Source: a virus
Strand: one strand, 5' to 3'
DNA: 64,000 nucleotides
Virus record (IMG/VR): IMGVR_UViG_3300048930_000242
Location: 89,341 to 153,340 of that record
Shown: positions 55,552-64,000 of the stretch, piece by piece
Position numbering within the stretch: the stretch's first letter is position 1
Layout of the letters: the number at the start of each line of letters is the position of its first letter
Translations under genes and position numbers: made by a program
Notes under the pieces: generated by a model
What the model was told of the DNA's origin: nothing
Databases searched by the model: none
The model's input: only the letters and a program-made list of their open reading frames with translations

Positions 55552-56177
55552 TTCTCCATTTGGTTAAGACTATCTATGTGATTCTGCATCCAGACTGCGC
55601 AAGCCCAGGAGTCGCAGATGTCAGTGATTGGTCCGTCAAGTTTCTTCCTGCCAAGGACTTCCATCAGATTGACGCCGAACTCCTTCGAAAAAGCGTCATA
55701 GACGCCTTGCTTGCCATCTTTTTGTTTCGCTCCAACAGCTTTCTTTACAGAAGGCGGACTCGGCCTAAAAAAGTTTACAGCCAGTGGCAACTCTCTGACC
55801 AAGGTGGCAATCAAGCAGCCGGTGGCTTCTCCGATCTTGTGCGCGAACGTGTTCTTCGAGCCGAAAGAGTAGCCCTCGATGGCGATATAGAAACCGTCGA
55901 CGTTTCTCGGAGACATCTCAAAAGCGTCCACAACCGCGTCGGTGATTTGGTTCGCAATGAAGATCTCTCGATACTCTTGTTTGTCTTCCCAGCTATCTGC
56001 TGAAATCGCCTTTGGATCGGAGAAGAGCTGATTGAAAGACGGTCGGCAGACCCCGAATAGGAGATCGCAATCCTTCTTTTTCAATGCTGCGTGAAACGAA
56101 ACATCCTTACCGGAGATAATGGTGACCGCTGGTGAAGTGATTGAGAAGTCTATTCCAACAATTATGTGATTCTTCAT
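55548..56177 (-). CDS. RuvC-like endonuclease
   Basis: GIDFS, IEGYSFG, PPSVKK, DICDSW. Confidence 0.82.
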   Translation of the reverse strand: MKNHIIVGIDFSITSPAVTIISGKDVSFHAALKKKDCDLLFGVCRPSFNQLFSDPKAISADSWEDKQEYREIFIANQITDAVVDAFEMSPRNVDGFYIAIEGYSFGSKNTFAHKIGEATGCLIATLVRELPLAVNFFRPSPPSVKKAVGAKQKDGKQGVYDAFSKEFGVNLMEVLGRKKLDGPITDICDSWACAVWMQNHIDSLNQMEN

Positions 56178-56325
56178 AGATAATGAGTACTCAAAAGGAG
56201 GTGTCTTGTGTTGTCTTTTATTTTCGGCGCGTTCGTTGGTGTTCTTTCCGCCTGGGTATTTATCCCTGCTCCTGAGTCACTTAGCGACCTCATCCATCGT
56301 CTGAAGACGAAACTTGGATTGTAAC

Positions 56326-56359
56326 AAAAAGAAAGGGCCTCGCGGCCCTTTCTTCTTTT
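56326..56359. terminator. bidirectional rho-independent terminator
   Basis: AAGAAAGGGCC-TCGC-GGCCCTTTCTT. Confidence 0.82.
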
Positions 56360-56400
56360 AGTGAACTTCAAAGTCTGCGAAGTTCGGAATGTCAAACCAG

Positions 56401-56640
56401 CTAACTATTGTCAGGATCAACAGTAGCGCCAGCGCCAAAATCGGTGTTCTCATACTTCTCTCCTAGTTGTGTGATTGCTTGTTTCAAACGAATGTCGAAT
56501 TCCTTGGCCATTACGTCGCCGATCTCTTCCAGGGGTTCTGGAATCAGCTGCTCAAACACCTCGGCGAACTCATCGCGGTTCTCCTTGACATCTCGCAGCC
56601 AAAGAGTGAAGGCCAACGCAAAAGCTTTTGTGTTCATCAT
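56401..56640 (-). CDS. hypothetical protein
   Basis: ORF in operon. Confidence 0.55.
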   Translation of the reverse strand: MMNTKAFALAFTLWLRDVKENRDEFAEVFEQLIPEPLEEIGDVMAKEFDIRLKQAITQLGEKYENTDFGAGATVDPDNS

Positions 56641-56984
56641 TATCCCCTTGGCTTAGCCGCCCGCTGAAGAACGGCGCGGTAAAGACGTGTGCTCATCGCC
56701 TCTGGAACGTTCGTGACGACCAGAAGATCCTTGAACTGGAGAGCCACTCCATCGGAAGTCGCAACAATCTCTCCTCGGACTCGACAGGAGATCACGGTGT
56801 CTTCTCCGGTCGGCTTCCTCAGGTGGTTCGTTTCCTTGATTGGCTTCAGAATCCGAACCTGGTCGGAGTTCACGACTTTCGCCACGATCGCGTAGTTCCT
56901 GATCGGGTCGATGTGCCACCTTCTTCCCCAGAGAACGATGCTTCCAATTCCGATTGGGTTGCCAACTCTATCGACTGCTTTCAT
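56640..56984 (-). CDS. hypothetical protein
   Basis: D..G..I.IG..V motif; promoter copy upstream. Confidence 0.6.
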   Translation of the reverse strand: MKAVDRVGNPIGIGSIVLWGRRWHIDPIRNYAIVAKVVNSDQVRILKPIKETNHLRKPTGEDTVISCRVRGEIVATSDGVALQFKDLLVVTNVPEAMSTRLYRAVLQRAAKPRG

Positions 56985-57052
56985 GTTGTCCTCTCCTCAT
57001 TTAGATGTATTGTACCAGAGCCGGACGTCCTTGTCCAGCACTTTTCACTGTG

Positions 57053-58948
57053 TCATCGAACTGGGCATGCGCCTCCGGCGCAATCGTCAAGCTGGTCAAA
57101 GTCGGCCGTCGCGATCGACATGATCACTCTGGTGCCGGCCACTCGACGATCGTACTCTTCCTTGGTGATCTCTTCCAACGGAGCTTGGGTGAACCCGTGT
57201 TCGGAATGGAGCAAGAAGCTGAGCGACTTGCAGTTCTTGTTGTAGTTCTTGGCCAACCACTCACGGATCTCATCGAGCTCTTCCGGTCTGTAGTAGACGG
57301 TACAAGAGACCGAGTTGTCCGACCAGACAGTCTGGGCCTTCTTCACCCATTCAAGTTGATCGATCGCCGTCATGTCCTTGGCGAGGATCGTGCCTTCCGG
57401 ATGGGCAAACGGAAACTCGACCACAACAGTGCCGTAGTCCAACGAACCGTCGAACCCGATCTGGTACTCTGTTGGGTACCCATGGGCGCGGCAGGTCTCG
57501 ACCAACGGATGGTTCGAGGCGATTCGGATACGTCGGATCATGTACTGAGCGTAGGCTGGGTGAATTCCAGGAGAGACGCCAGGGAGAAGAGAAAGCGTAC
57601 CGGATGGCTTCAACGTGGTTAGTTTGATAGAAACTGGCCAGCCATGGGCCTTCGAGTATTCAACATCGTATTCACGAAGGCTCTTATAGACATAGTCGCA
57701 CCACTCAAGCTTTTCTGGAGCCTGGAGCACACCAGTGATGCCGATGCCCATTCTCATATTCTCATGGACGATCTTCTCGGTCTCTTTGTGGTGGCATGGG
57801 AGAGCCAACGAATGCTTGTTGATCCGGTAAAGCAGCTTGGCGATGTCCAAGAATTCTTCCTTGGATTCAATGTTCGGCAAGAAGGCCTCGGCCAAGCAGC
57901 AGGTCTCGAAGTCCGCAAGGCCCTGTTCGGCGCATGGATTGTAACCGCGGACCTTCGGGTCCTTGTACTGAGTGTCTCCGATTCTGCCGGTGGCCTTCGA
58001 GAGCTTCAGATTGATCAAGCCATACGGCTCGGACTTGCCGTCGTAGGTGTCCCAGAATGCCTGAGGAAGCAGTTTGATGTCGTTACAGACCACTGAGTTG
58101 TTCGAGAAGGCTCGCCAGTTCGGAATGTTTCCGTCAGACCAGCGCTTCGCATTGAGGTACTGTACGTCGTCGCAGTCGCCGATGGCGATCTGAGCCGATC
58201 GACGAACATTGCCGGACACAACCACTCGGCCAAGGATATTCATCACGTCCAAACAGTCGATTGGACGAAGCTGCTTGCCGGCTCGTGCTTCCAAGACCTT
58301 CGAAATGTCAGCGATGCCTTCGCAAAGATCCTCTGGACCAGATGCCACGCCGCCGAATCCCTTGATCAGAGTGCCCTTGCCGCGAATCACCTGAGTGGAA
58401 TAGGTGAAGCCGGCATGGATCTCGTTTTGGTAGAAAGCCGAATCAAGGAGCAGATTCAGAAGCTTCACCCAGCCCTCTCTGGAATCCGGCACAATGAAAT
58501 CAGCTCCGGCATCGTCTTTACGGATTGGAGCCTTGAAATCCTCCTTGACCGGAGGCAACTTGTAAACAAACTCGCGTTGGAGATTGTAACCGACTCCGGC
58601 TCCAAGCATCAACATGTCAAAGGCCCAGGTGAACGGCCGGATTGGGTGATCGATCGTGGTGAAGGCGCAATTCTGAAGGCTCGGAAGTCCGAGTCGATCA
58701 ACCGTGGACGTTCCGAGCTGCCAGAGGAATCGGCCGGCGACCGTGCCTTTAAGGCTCATCATGTAGTCGAAAAGGCGCAACTCTTCATCTTGAGTGAAAC
58801 CGACATTCAATTGATCTCGGCAAGCCCGAATGACTCTGGAGACCACATCACTCCATTCTTCTGTCTCGGAATTCTTGTCCGTTTCATCATGGCGTCTGGC
58901 ATATGTGCGTTTCATCACCAGATAACCAACTGTACTCCAAGGTGTCAT
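57053..58948 (-). CDS. nrdJ: class II (adenosylcobalamin) ribonucleotide reductase
   Basis: AGRFLW, QNC, GNVRRSA, NPCAE, TTLKPSGT, C-terminal CAGGACPVR. Confidence 0.95.
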   Translation of the reverse strand: MTPWSTVGYLVMKRTYARRHDETDKNSETEEWSDVVSRVIRACRDQLNVGFTQDEELRLFDYMMSLKGTVAGRFLWQLGTSTVDRLGLPSLQNCAFTTIDHPIRPFTWAFDMLMLGAGVGYNLQREFVYKLPPVKEDFKAPIRKDDAGADFIVPDSREGWVKLLNLLLDSAFYQNEIHAGFTYSTQVIRGKGTLIKGFGGVASGPEDLCEGIADISKVLEARAGKQLRPIDCLDVMNILGRVVVSGNVRRSAQIAIGDCDDVQYLNAKRWSDGNIPNWRAFSNNSVVCNDIKLLPQAFWDTYDGKSEPYGLINLKLSKATGRIGDTQYKDPKVRGYNPCAEQGLADFETCCLAEAFLPNIESKEEFLDIAKLLYRINKHSLALPCHHKETEKIVHENMRMGIGITGVLQAPEKLEWCDYVYKSLREYDVEYSKAHGWPVSIKLTTLKPSGTLSLLPGVSPGIHPAYAQYMIRRIRIASNHPLVETCRAHGYPTEYQIGFDGSLDYGTVVVEFPFAHPEGTILAKDMTAIDQLEWVKKAQTVWSDNSVSCTVYYRPEELDEIREWLAKNYNKNCKSLSFLLHSEHGFTQAPLEEITKEEYDRRVAGTRVIMSIATADFDQLDDCAGGACPVR

Positions 58949-60027
58949 TTTCTCTCCTTTTTAGGGCAAAGCCGCATCCATTCCGCAAGCTTTAACTTTG
59001 CTCGAAGACCGGACTTGGTATGGGTTAGAACAAACTCTTTGAACTCTTGGCGTGACCAGCCTTTGATCTTGAAGATGTCGTTGGCGTCCAGATCGAAGAA
59101 CTCATCTGGGAGCATCACCATACGTTCGCCTTGGTCGATCAATGACTTGTACCGCTCCATAATGTGGGGATTCCTAGGCTCTTGGTCCAGATAGAAGACA
59201 CGGTCTTCTGGGATTCCTTCTGGATTCTTCGACGCTCCGCAAAGAGCGATAGAATTATCCACAAAGAATGAGTCGACCGGCCCCTCCAGAACAATGACTG
59301 TGGAGTGTCTATTTATCCGCTCTTGACCGAAGAGTCTAGGCTCTCCTTTGATGATCTGGCAGTCGACATAGCGGAGTTTGGCCTCTGGGTCAAGCGCTCG
59401 CCCCTGGAGCCCGACCATGTAGGTGTTGGTCGTGTCCATGATCGGGAAAATCACTCGTGGTTCGTCATGTCCTTCGCGGATCTTCTGCTCCGGCTTGAGC
59501 TGATGGAGTTTCTCCCAGAAGACTGGAGTGAACCAAATGTACTTCAATTGACTCTCATGGATTTGCCGGCCAGAGATATAGAGCCTGGCCGGATGATCGG
59601 TCGGGAGATCCAGAAGAGGTGTGAAGAAATTCTCAGGTCGGAGAACTGTCTTCTTGGAATCCATCGGAGGCGGAACCTCGGCGATGGTTGGCCCGGAGAA
59701 AGAGAAAGTATTCGCACTGAAGAGAGCCTTTCGGTACTCCCTATAGATACTTTCGTCAATATGCTTCAGCATTCCTGATAATGAATCTGAATGACCGCAT
59801 TTGAAGCATTTGAAACTAAGCTTATTCAAGCTTTTAGGATTCGGAAACACGTAAGCATGAGCGGCCGACGGATTCTTAGTTGAATCCCCACAGAAAGGGC
59901 ATCTAAAGTTCCATTTAGATGTTTGATACTGACGGAATCGGCCAAGCGAACCAGAAACCCTCAGGAGATACTCTCGGTCAATGAAATTTCCCAGACTCAC
60001 AGACGAAAACTTCCTTATGTATGCCAT
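58945..60027 (-). CDS. DNA primase (T4 gp61-like)
   Basis: RCPFCGDS...CFKC zinc finger, QGR, EGPVDSFF, DQEPRN, DAND; start may be GTG at 60000. Confidence 0.93.
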   Translation of the reverse strand: MAYIRKFSSVSLGNFIDREYLLRVSGSLGRFRQYQTSKWNFRCPFCGDSTKNPSAAHAYVFPNPKSLNKLSFKCFKCGHSDSLSGMLKHIDESIYREYRKALFSANTFSFSGPTIAEVPPPMDSKKTVLRPENFFTPLLDLPTDHPARLYISGRQIHESQLKYIWFTPVFWEKLHQLKPEQKIREGHDEPRVIFPIMDTTNTYMVGLQGRALDPEAKLRYVDCQIIKGEPRLFGQERINRHSTVIVLEGPVDSFFVDNSIALCGASKNPEGIPEDRVFYLDQEPRNPHIMERYKSLIDQGERMVMLPDEFFDLDANDIFKIKGWSRQEFKEFVLTHTKSGLRAKLKLAEWMRLCPKKERK

Positions 60028-60391
60028 TAAGTGCTACAACAACCCGAACTGTCTTTCGTCGGATGACTTCAAGCGGGACATGAAGGCCTTCGCCTACATC
60101 TCAAAGGCCCTCTCGAAGATCGCAATGACTCAGTCTCCGAGTGCCCAGAACGTTCGCCAGCTCCTTAACCACATTATATCACTTTGCAACCTGTTTGGAA
60201 ATAGCCAAACGGCACGAATGATGTTTTTTTACTACCCAGAGAAGCATCATCCATGCATCAAGACCGCAATGGACTTCCTTGGTCGCCTCCCAGACACCAA
60301 AGCGACCGTCCATCCCGAGATCCGAGACATTGAGAAGATTCCTTGGGATGAGAAGATGGTGAAACTACTGGAGAATTTCAATGCAAGCTGA
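59981..60391 (+). CDS. conserved T4-like hypothetical protein
   Basis: LTDENFLMYAIK.Y.NP.C...DF..D, LLNHII.L.N.FG. Confidence 0.8.
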   Translation: MKFPRLTDENFLMYAIKCYNNPNCLSSDDFKRDMKAFAYISKALSKIAMTQSPSAQNVRQLLNHIISLCNLFGNSQTARMMFFYYPEKHHPCIKTAMDFLGRLPDTKATVHPEIRDIEKIPWDEKMVKLLENFNAS

Positions 60392-60938
60392 CGGCATTTC
60401 CATCGTCATTGCGATCAAGTTCGTTTCTCAGCTGGCGAAGCCATTTGAGGAATGGAAGGCCTATCAACTCGGCCTGATCGACGCCGACGGCAACAAGATC
60501 CGAGATCCGCAGACCGCCGAAGAGAAGCGGCAGTTCACCGCCTGGTTGAATCTGATCCGGAACCTGAAGAGAATGCTAGTGAAGCTTCCTGGAGGCCGTT
60601 CTCAGATCGCCTCGTTGGCCGTCGCATTCATGATGTTGAAAGACAGCATCGAAAGAAAGGCCGGTGAAAAGATTACAGTTGAAGCGCTGAAGAATGTGCT
60701 TGAAACATATGCTCCTCAAATGAAGTTAGCGGAGGCCTCTGTTAGATATAGGCCAGTCAGATTTTCAGAAAGCTATTATCTGACCGATGACTTGGCGTTG
60801 GACTACGACAGCCATGGTTGTATGGACTGCCGGATTATTGGAGAATCGCTCATTGATCAAGAGTTGGTTCTTGTCAAAACAAAAACCGGATCGGAGATAA
60901 TGACATGCAGAAAAAGCCTACTTCCCAAGGCTTCATGA
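60381..60938 (+). CDS. conserved T4-like hypothetical protein
   Basis: PFEEWKAYQLGLIDADG, NLKR. Confidence 0.8.
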   Translation: MQADGISIVIAIKFVSQLAKPFEEWKAYQLGLIDADGNKIRDPQTAEEKRQFTAWLNLIRNLKRMLVKLPGGRSQIASLAVAFMMLKDSIERKAGEKITVEALKNVLETYAPQMKLAEASVRYRPVRFSESYYLTDDLALDYDSHGCMDCRIIGESLIDQELVLVKTKTGSEIMTCRKSLLPKAS

Positions 60939-61042
60939 AACCGAGACGAGAAGAAACGACCACGGCCGCAATTCCTATCGTTCCAGTCCCAATGATGAAG
61001 CCTTTAAAGCGCACGGTACCGTCCAAGAAGACAGAAAAATGA
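60935..61042 (+). CDS. 35-aa small ORF
   Basis: ATGA overlaps at both ends; not in the ORF track. Confidence 0.6.
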   Translation: MKPRREETTTAAIPIVPVPMMKPLKRTVPSKKTEK

Positions 61043-61497
61043 GCATCATCGAACTCACTAAGGAGTGTGAGAAGTCGCCAATGGTAGAAAGAGCGATGTG
61101 CTTACTTGATCGAGTGCAGAATATGATCGGTGAACATTTGACCGCTTTGGACTCGATGCTGTTCTTCGAAGGACTTCCATTTCCAGCCTGGGTGAAAGAC
61201 ATAGATGGAAAGATGATCGTTGTGAATTCAGCCTATAAGGCCGTCTATCCGGCGATCAACAGAAACAAAGACGAAGTTCATCTTGGGTTCCCAGAAGTGA
61301 TTCTGAATCAATACGCGGTGAATGATCTTTGGGTGCTTAAGTACCGTCGCCCAAGAGTGTTCGTGGAAAATGCACCAAGAGAAAATGAGCCAGACAGAAC
61401 CACTAACTGTCTAAAGTTTCCGGTGTTCTCGAGCGATGGGTCACTAGCTGGGGTAGCCGGACTTGAAATAACAACTATCAAACAAGAGAACCCATAA
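61039..61497 (+). CDS. stand-alone PAS-domain protein
   Basis: LPFPAWVKDIDGK...VNSAY...D..VL...KFPV.S.DG...GVAG (PAS_4-like). Confidence 0.8.
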   Translation: MSIIELTKECEKSPMVERAMCLLDRVQNMIGEHLTALDSMLFFEGLPFPAWVKDIDGKMIVVNSAYKAVYPAINRNKDEVHLGFPEVILNQYAVNDLWVLKYRRPRVFVENAPRENEPDRTTNCLKFPVFSSDGSLAGVAGLEITTIKQENP

Positions 61498-61907
61498 TGG
61501 TAAATGATCAAAGCGGGAACATCACGCCGGTTTCGCTGCTTATTGAAGCGCAGCGCCAGTTGGCTGGTGAATTAGTAGAACAGCGAAGAGTGAATGGGGC
61601 TCTTAACGAAGCTCTATATAAGCTTTCTGCCGAGATTAAGCTTCTTTCAAACCAGATTGGTCGTCACGATCAAATTGAAAGCAAGGTCGCCGAATTATCC
61701 AGAGAGATTCACTCACTAAGAGGTGATTTCAAGGCTGACATTCATTCAGCCTTGGAAAGTAGGACGGAGCCTAAAATCGAAGCTCTTGATGAGCGAGTGA
61801 AAACCTTGGAGAAGAACATGTACCGATTCGCCGGGGCCGTGATGCTATTCACATTCTTGGTCGGAGCCTACAGAACATTCTTTCCGCTACCGGGAGCAGG
61901 CGGCTAG
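61497..61907 (+). CDS. coiled-coil protein with C-terminal TM helix (holin/XhlA-like architecture)
   Basis: heptad pattern, RVKTLEK followed by a hydrophobic helix. Confidence 0.65.
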   Translation: MVNDQSGNITPVSLLIEAQRQLAGELVEQRRVNGALNEALYKLSAEIKLLSNQIGRHDQIESKVAELSREIHSLRGDFKADIHSALESRTEPKIEALDERVKTLEKNMYRFAGAVMLFTFLVGAYRTFFPLPGAGG

Positions 61908-63577
61908 CTCTCCAAAATAGACTTCATCTTCTCGTACTCCGAGTGGAGCGCAGAAGGCATTAGCTTCTTGAATGTCTCCTGGTCTCCACTTTTTATTGCG
62001 TCTCTTACGGTAGTCGCAGATGCAAATCGCTGAGCCAGGCTGAACTTGATTTGATTGTTTAGTGGGGTCTTGGCGACCTGGCGTCTATAATCGTCCACTC
62101 GGTCGTCTCCGGCGATCACCTCAATGACCTTTCCGCCCATCTCGGCTTCGACTTGCTCGACCAACGCCGGGATATAAGCCGAGGTCGCAACCATCACTCC
62201 GGCTCGGGAGCCCATCGCCTTCTTGATGAACCGCTTCTGGTCTTCGACCGAAAACGGATTCTTGTCCTTGTCCGACGAGGACTTCGCTCCTTTGATGATC
62301 ACATAGACCGGATAGCCATCGGTGCCTCCGCTCATCTTCTGATGACCGAGGTGGAACGGCTGGAATCTTCCAGGGATGATCGTCAGATGGTCTCTGGTGA
62401 CCTCGTTCAAAATCCTAGTGGCCTCGGCCGTCAAACTCGACTTTGCCGCAATGCCGGCATCTTGGAGGCTCTGGATAATCTTGTTCATCAAATCTTTCCT
62501 TGAAGCGTCGAGCCCGGTCTTTGGATTCACTCTGGTCTTCATATTCCGAAGGCCATTCACCAGGATAGAGAAAATGTCCTGGGCGAACCAGAACCGATTA
62601 GAGAGGGTCATCATTCCTTTCGGAACCAGATTTGGAGCAAGCTGGAAGAATCTCGAGCCGATAACCTCGTCTTGATGAGAGGAAAGCTTAGCCGAAATCT
62701 GATGACCATATTGGTTGACGATCTGGCCGGACAGCGCGGCGCAGAACTGAAGGAATGCCGTCGCCCCTGAGACTTTCTTCTTACCGGAAGCAATTTCTCC
62801 GATTGTCTTCTCGATCCACGGCATCAGTGGACGAGTGAGAGCCCAGATCTCATTCGAGAGCTGGAGGTAATATGAGTCTTCATCGGCGCCGGCGGCCTTC
62901 TTATCCTTGATCTGAGAGGTGAAGTTCGGATCGACCAGCTTGGCCATTACTGGCGCTTCATCGTCTCCGAAATAGAGAACCACGCCCTCGAATCCATCCT
63001 TCACCAGCCATTCAAGATCTTTAGGAGGAGTGAATAGCGAGAAGACGAATTCCAAGAATGTTGGGTAGCCGTGTTCTCCGGTCTGAGTGTACTCTCGGAG
63101 CTTGGCCTTGGCCGCGGTTGGAAGAGTTCCAGAGAAAATGACCGGAGAGGGCGCAATTTGAAGGACTTTTGCAGCTTCGGCGACCATTGGGTGATCCGGC
63201 TTCAGAATCTTCCCACTGGCGTCGGTGATATACGAGATTATCAGATTGTTCTTCGGCTTCTTGGTGTACTTGATAATCGATGGAAGATTATTCAAGAAGA
63301 GCTCGGTATAGATTTTGCACCGATGCGGAAGCTTTCTCCAGTCGGTCGATTCGACATGCGAAATGAAGCTTTCATACATCGCATTAACGGCGCGCTTGTT
63401 CGGATCGATTTCCTCTCGGCCTTCACGACCGAAGAACTTGAGAAACCGGCCATCTCGCATAATCACGAAGGCCGATGTGTCGATCTTGATTGAAGCAGTA
63501 ACCGGACCGGAAAGTAACTTGTCTACGATTCCGGACTCAAATGCCGAAAGGTGCTTGAGCTCGTTATAGAGTTTCAC
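61904..63577 (-). CDS. fusion: ligase-type nucleotidyltransferase domain + C-terminal cytidyltransferase-like (HxGH) domain
   Basis: KIDTS, YTE, FEGVV, AKLV in N-terminal part; PGRFQPFHLGH, NPF, GDDR, SATTVR in C-terminal part. Confidence 0.75.
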   Translation of the reverse strand: MKLYNELKHLSAFESGIVDKLLSGPVTASIKIDTSAFVIMRDGRFLKFFGREGREEIDPNKRAVNAMYESFISHVESTDWRKLPHRCKIYTELFLNNLPSIIKYTKKPKNNLIISYITDASGKILKPDHPMVAEAAKVLQIAPSPVIFSGTLPTAAKAKLREYTQTGEHGYPTFLEFVFSLFTPPKDLEWLVKDGFEGVVLYFGDDEAPVMAKLVDPNFTSQIKDKKAAGADEDSYYLQLSNEIWALTRPLMPWIEKTIGEIASGKKKVSGATAFLQFCAALSGQIVNQYGHQISAKLSSHQDEVIGSRFFQLAPNLVPKGMMTLSNRFWFAQDIFSILVNGLRNMKTRVNPKTGLDASRKDLMNKIIQSLQDAGIAAKSSLTAEATRILNEVTRDHLTIIPGRFQPFHLGHQKMSGGTDGYPVYVIIKGAKSSSDKDKNPFSVEDQKRFIKKAMGSRAGVMVATSAYIPALVEQVEAEMGGKVIEVIAGDDRVDDYRRQVAKTPLNNQIKFSLAQRFASATTVRDAIKSGDQETFKKLMPSALHSEYEKMKSILES

Positions 63578-63999
63578 TGAAGTTCATCCGGAAGAGGAAG
63601 GCCCTCTTTCTCTAGATTTGCGGCCAGTTTGGCCAGAATCTGTCGCTTGAATGGCTTATGAGCGAAGGCGTTGGAATTCACCGCTCGGTAGATCTTCTCA
63701 AACGAATCCACATCGGTCAGATCAAATGTCGGTCCAAGAAGGAACCTAACGACTTCCAGAGGAACTCTGGTGATTGGCTCTTTCGACACGACCTTTGGAT
63801 TCTTCAGAAGGCCCTTGGCGCCACGGATGGACTGAATGCCCTTCATCACGCCGTTCTTCATGTCAAACCAATAGCGACTCCAGGTCTCCGGAATCTCACA
63901 GCCATTTTCATCGGAGCAGGTGGTGATTACCTTCTTCTGAATCTCTCCGGCGATGGCGAAAAGGAAAAAGTTCCGGTAGATTCCCTTGTACCGACTGTC
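63574..63999 (-). CDS. partial CDS (5' end outside window), putative nucleotidyltransferase-fold protein
   Basis: frame open to the window edge: DSRYKGIYRNFFLFAIA... Confidence 0.6.
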   Translation of the reverse strand, partial: DSRYKGIYRNFFLFAIAGEIQKKVITTCSDENGCEIPETWSRYWFDMKNGVMKGIQSIRGAKGLLKNPKVVSKEPITRVPLEVVRFLLGPTFDLTDVDSFEKIYRAVNSNAFAHKPFKRQILAKLAANLEKEGLPLPDELQ

Positions 64000-64000
64000 T

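Noticed and set aside
48510-58948. Introns or inteins in thyA, nrdJ, DNA ligase or topoisomerase
   Set aside because: The ORFs are continuous and of normal length; the homing endonucleases are freestanding.
1-64000. Genome-wide amber (TAG) recoding suggested by the two CUA-loop elements
   Set aside because: All conserved genes are full length in the standard code, several end at TAG, and neither CUA element has a CCA or a fully canonical body.

Overview
This window is a slice of a large lytic dsDNA phage with a T4-superfamily gene set, mostly encoded on the - strand. Replication and nucleotide genes include PhoH, dNMP kinase, topoisomerase II (gp39/60 and gp52), ThyA, class II NrdJ, primase gp61, DNA ligase gp30, RNase H, DsbA and a RuvC-like nuclease. 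It also carries an NAD salvage pair (NAMPT plus NMNAT-Nudix), two RNA ligases with phosphoesterases, a peptide deformylase, four freestanding homing endonucleases and a + strand tail/adhesin-like cassette (8.6-11.7 kb). The centre (~26.4-40.6 kb) is an RNA island with about 37 tRNAs covering all 20 amino acids, several of them with non-canonical architecture. The island also holds a circularly permuted two-piece tmRNA (tag ANDEYFAPVAMAA), a ~900-nt GOLLD-like RNA with an embedded CUA-anticodon tRNA-like domain, and about ten other structured non-coding elements I cannot assign to a family. More than 25 copies of a conserved early-type promoter (GTTTACAATTCAGTGC-TGGACA-N17-TAGAAT) and a recurrent ATAGATA late-promoter candidate punctuate the window. 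All calls come from reading the sequence by eye; no searches were run.
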